64,000 bases of DNA from an uncultured Spirochaetota bacterium (GTDB lineage: Bacteria > Spirochaetota > Spirochaetia > SZUA-6 > Fen-1364). The notes below the pieces were generated by a model. That model saw nothing but the letters and a program-made list of their open reading frames with translations. It ran no database searches and was not told where the DNA came from. Position numbers and translations under genes: made by a program. Below are positions 62,944 to 64,000 of the stretch, piece by piece. The stretch's first letter is position 1. Every line of letters starts with the position of its first letter. The stretch spans positions 1,984,001-2,048,000 of the forward strand of contig CAWGAA010000001.1 in assembly GCA_963820525.1 (NCBI GenBank), written 5' to 3'.

Positions 62944-64000
62944 TTACCTTTTTTTCTGGAATTTCCGAAATGTTGCTATGGCGAATACCCCTGCCAGGAA
63001 AAACAGACTCAACCAGGCAACCCAATCCCCGCTAAGGCTATAAAACGTTCGCCCCGGTCCTGAGCGAACATTACCAACCAACAATACATCTTGCGCCCGA
63101 GAACTTCTGTCTTCAGCAATAATCCGTCCAAGGTGATCGCTTATTGACAATTGCCCATCTTGTGCAGAGCGAACGACCGCAAACCCACCTTCGATGCCAC
63201 GTGTCATTGCCATACGTGAATGCCATTGCCCATCCTGTCCAAAATCCCAGGCCGGGACAACGACGATACCAACGCCACCTCTGGAATACTGAGAAAGCAA
63301 GTCGGGGAAATCCATGTCCTTGCAAATCGCCAAACCGATGGTCATCCCTGAAACAGAAAACTCGACAGGCTTTGTACCCGGTTGATAATGGTCTTCGAAG
63401 CCTGGTACGAGGTGAATCTTGCTGTACTCGGTCAGGACTTGACCCTCTGAGGAAAATACTACGGCCACATTCCGAGAAGATTTCCGGTCGATCATGTTGA
63501 GACCCGCAACCACGACAACGCGGTGATCGCGTGCGGCTGCCCCAAGGATTTTATATACATTGCCGGAATAACTCGGGGTGACCCCAACGAACTTTTCCGG
63601 TAGGACGATTAACTCCGTCCCTTGAGCTGCCAGTTGATCTATGCGGCGGGCATAGGCTTGTACGACAGGCAGCGCTTCTTCCGATTTTTCAGTGCGAAAA
63701 TACCTTATCGTTGTATCCGTAGCCGTGAGCCCGACACGCATGGACTGTCCCTGGTCCGTTTGATGAATACGTATCGAACCATAGACTATAACGGATAGAA
63801 CCAAGACCACGGGCACTCCCGAGGCCAGTATCGATAACCTCTTGTTTTTCCGGAGATGCCATGCAATCGCGAAACCGGCAGGTACAAGCGTGAGAAGGAA
63901 CGTGATCCCCCAAATACCGGTCAGGGAAACAAGCTGGATCAGTGGAAGAAAACCGGTTTGTGTATACGCCAGACTCCCTGCTGTTCCATTGGGAGAAAAT
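62944..64000 (-). CDS. apolipoprotein N-acyltransferase-like carbon-nitrogen hydrolase (5' end outside window)
   Basis: The frame is open to the window edge. SLAYTQ...PLIQL.S.TG.WG.TF, with triad motifs LPEK, YSKIHLVP and ICKD, and R.IE.G..VVR.A. Confidence 0.85.
   Translation of the reverse strand, partial: FSPNGTAGSLAYTQTGFLPLIQLVSLTGIWGITFLLTLVPAGFAIAWHLRKNKRLSILASGVPVVLVLSVIVYGSIRIHQTDQGQSMRVGLTATDTTIRYFRTEKSEEALPVVQAYARRIDQLAAQGTELIVLPEKFVGVTPSYSGNVYKILGAAARDHRVVVVAGLNMIDRKSSRNVAVVFSSEGQVLTEYSKIHLVPGFEDHYQPGTKPVEFSVSGMTIGLAICKDMDFPDLLSQYSRGGVGIVVVPAWDFGQDGQWHSRMAMTRGIEGGFAVVRSAQDGQLSISDHLGRIIAEDRSSRAQDVLLVGNVRSGPGRTFYSLSGDWVAWLSLFFLAGVFAIATFRKFQKKR

Overview
A 64-kb stretch of gene-dense, high-GC bacterial chromosome (roughly 65% GC by eye) with about 50 protein-coding genes. 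I saw no rRNA, tRNA, CRISPR array, prophage or IS element. The source is probably an environmental Spirochaetota; this is an inference from a Leptospira LIC10235-like zinc-ribbon protein and a spirochaete-type ComFB protein with a C-terminal beta-sandwich. From left to right it contains: (1) dapL and stress or housekeeping genes; (2) candidate cyclic-dinucleotide signalling genes (stand-alone MshEN-like protein, ComFB, HDOD); (3) a Pel-type exopolysaccharide operon, pelD-E-F-G, head-to-head with a CBM-TPR-beta-barrel export protein, with no pelA or pelC in the window and a PelD that lacks the RxxD site; (4) a radical SAM gene, a glycolipid glycosyltransferase and a frameshifted PlsA/Ger-like activase, a possible ether-glycolipid locus; (5) a MarR-DHA2-two-adaptor-TolC efflux operon; (6) two spermidine-synthase-like membrane proteins, one coupled to a signal-peptide-bearing Pcm; (7) a GH31/sugar-ABC/two-component locus; (8) an operon of a cysteine-free ArsR, a Met-rich repeat protein and a methyltransferase; and (9) a low-GC block of exported proteins at the right end. 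Many transcription units look leaderless, with a -10 box 5-8 nt before the start codon. Three reading frames are damaged: the acyl-CoA ligase, the activase and an ECF sigma factor. All family calls come from recognising motifs by eye; no database searches were run.
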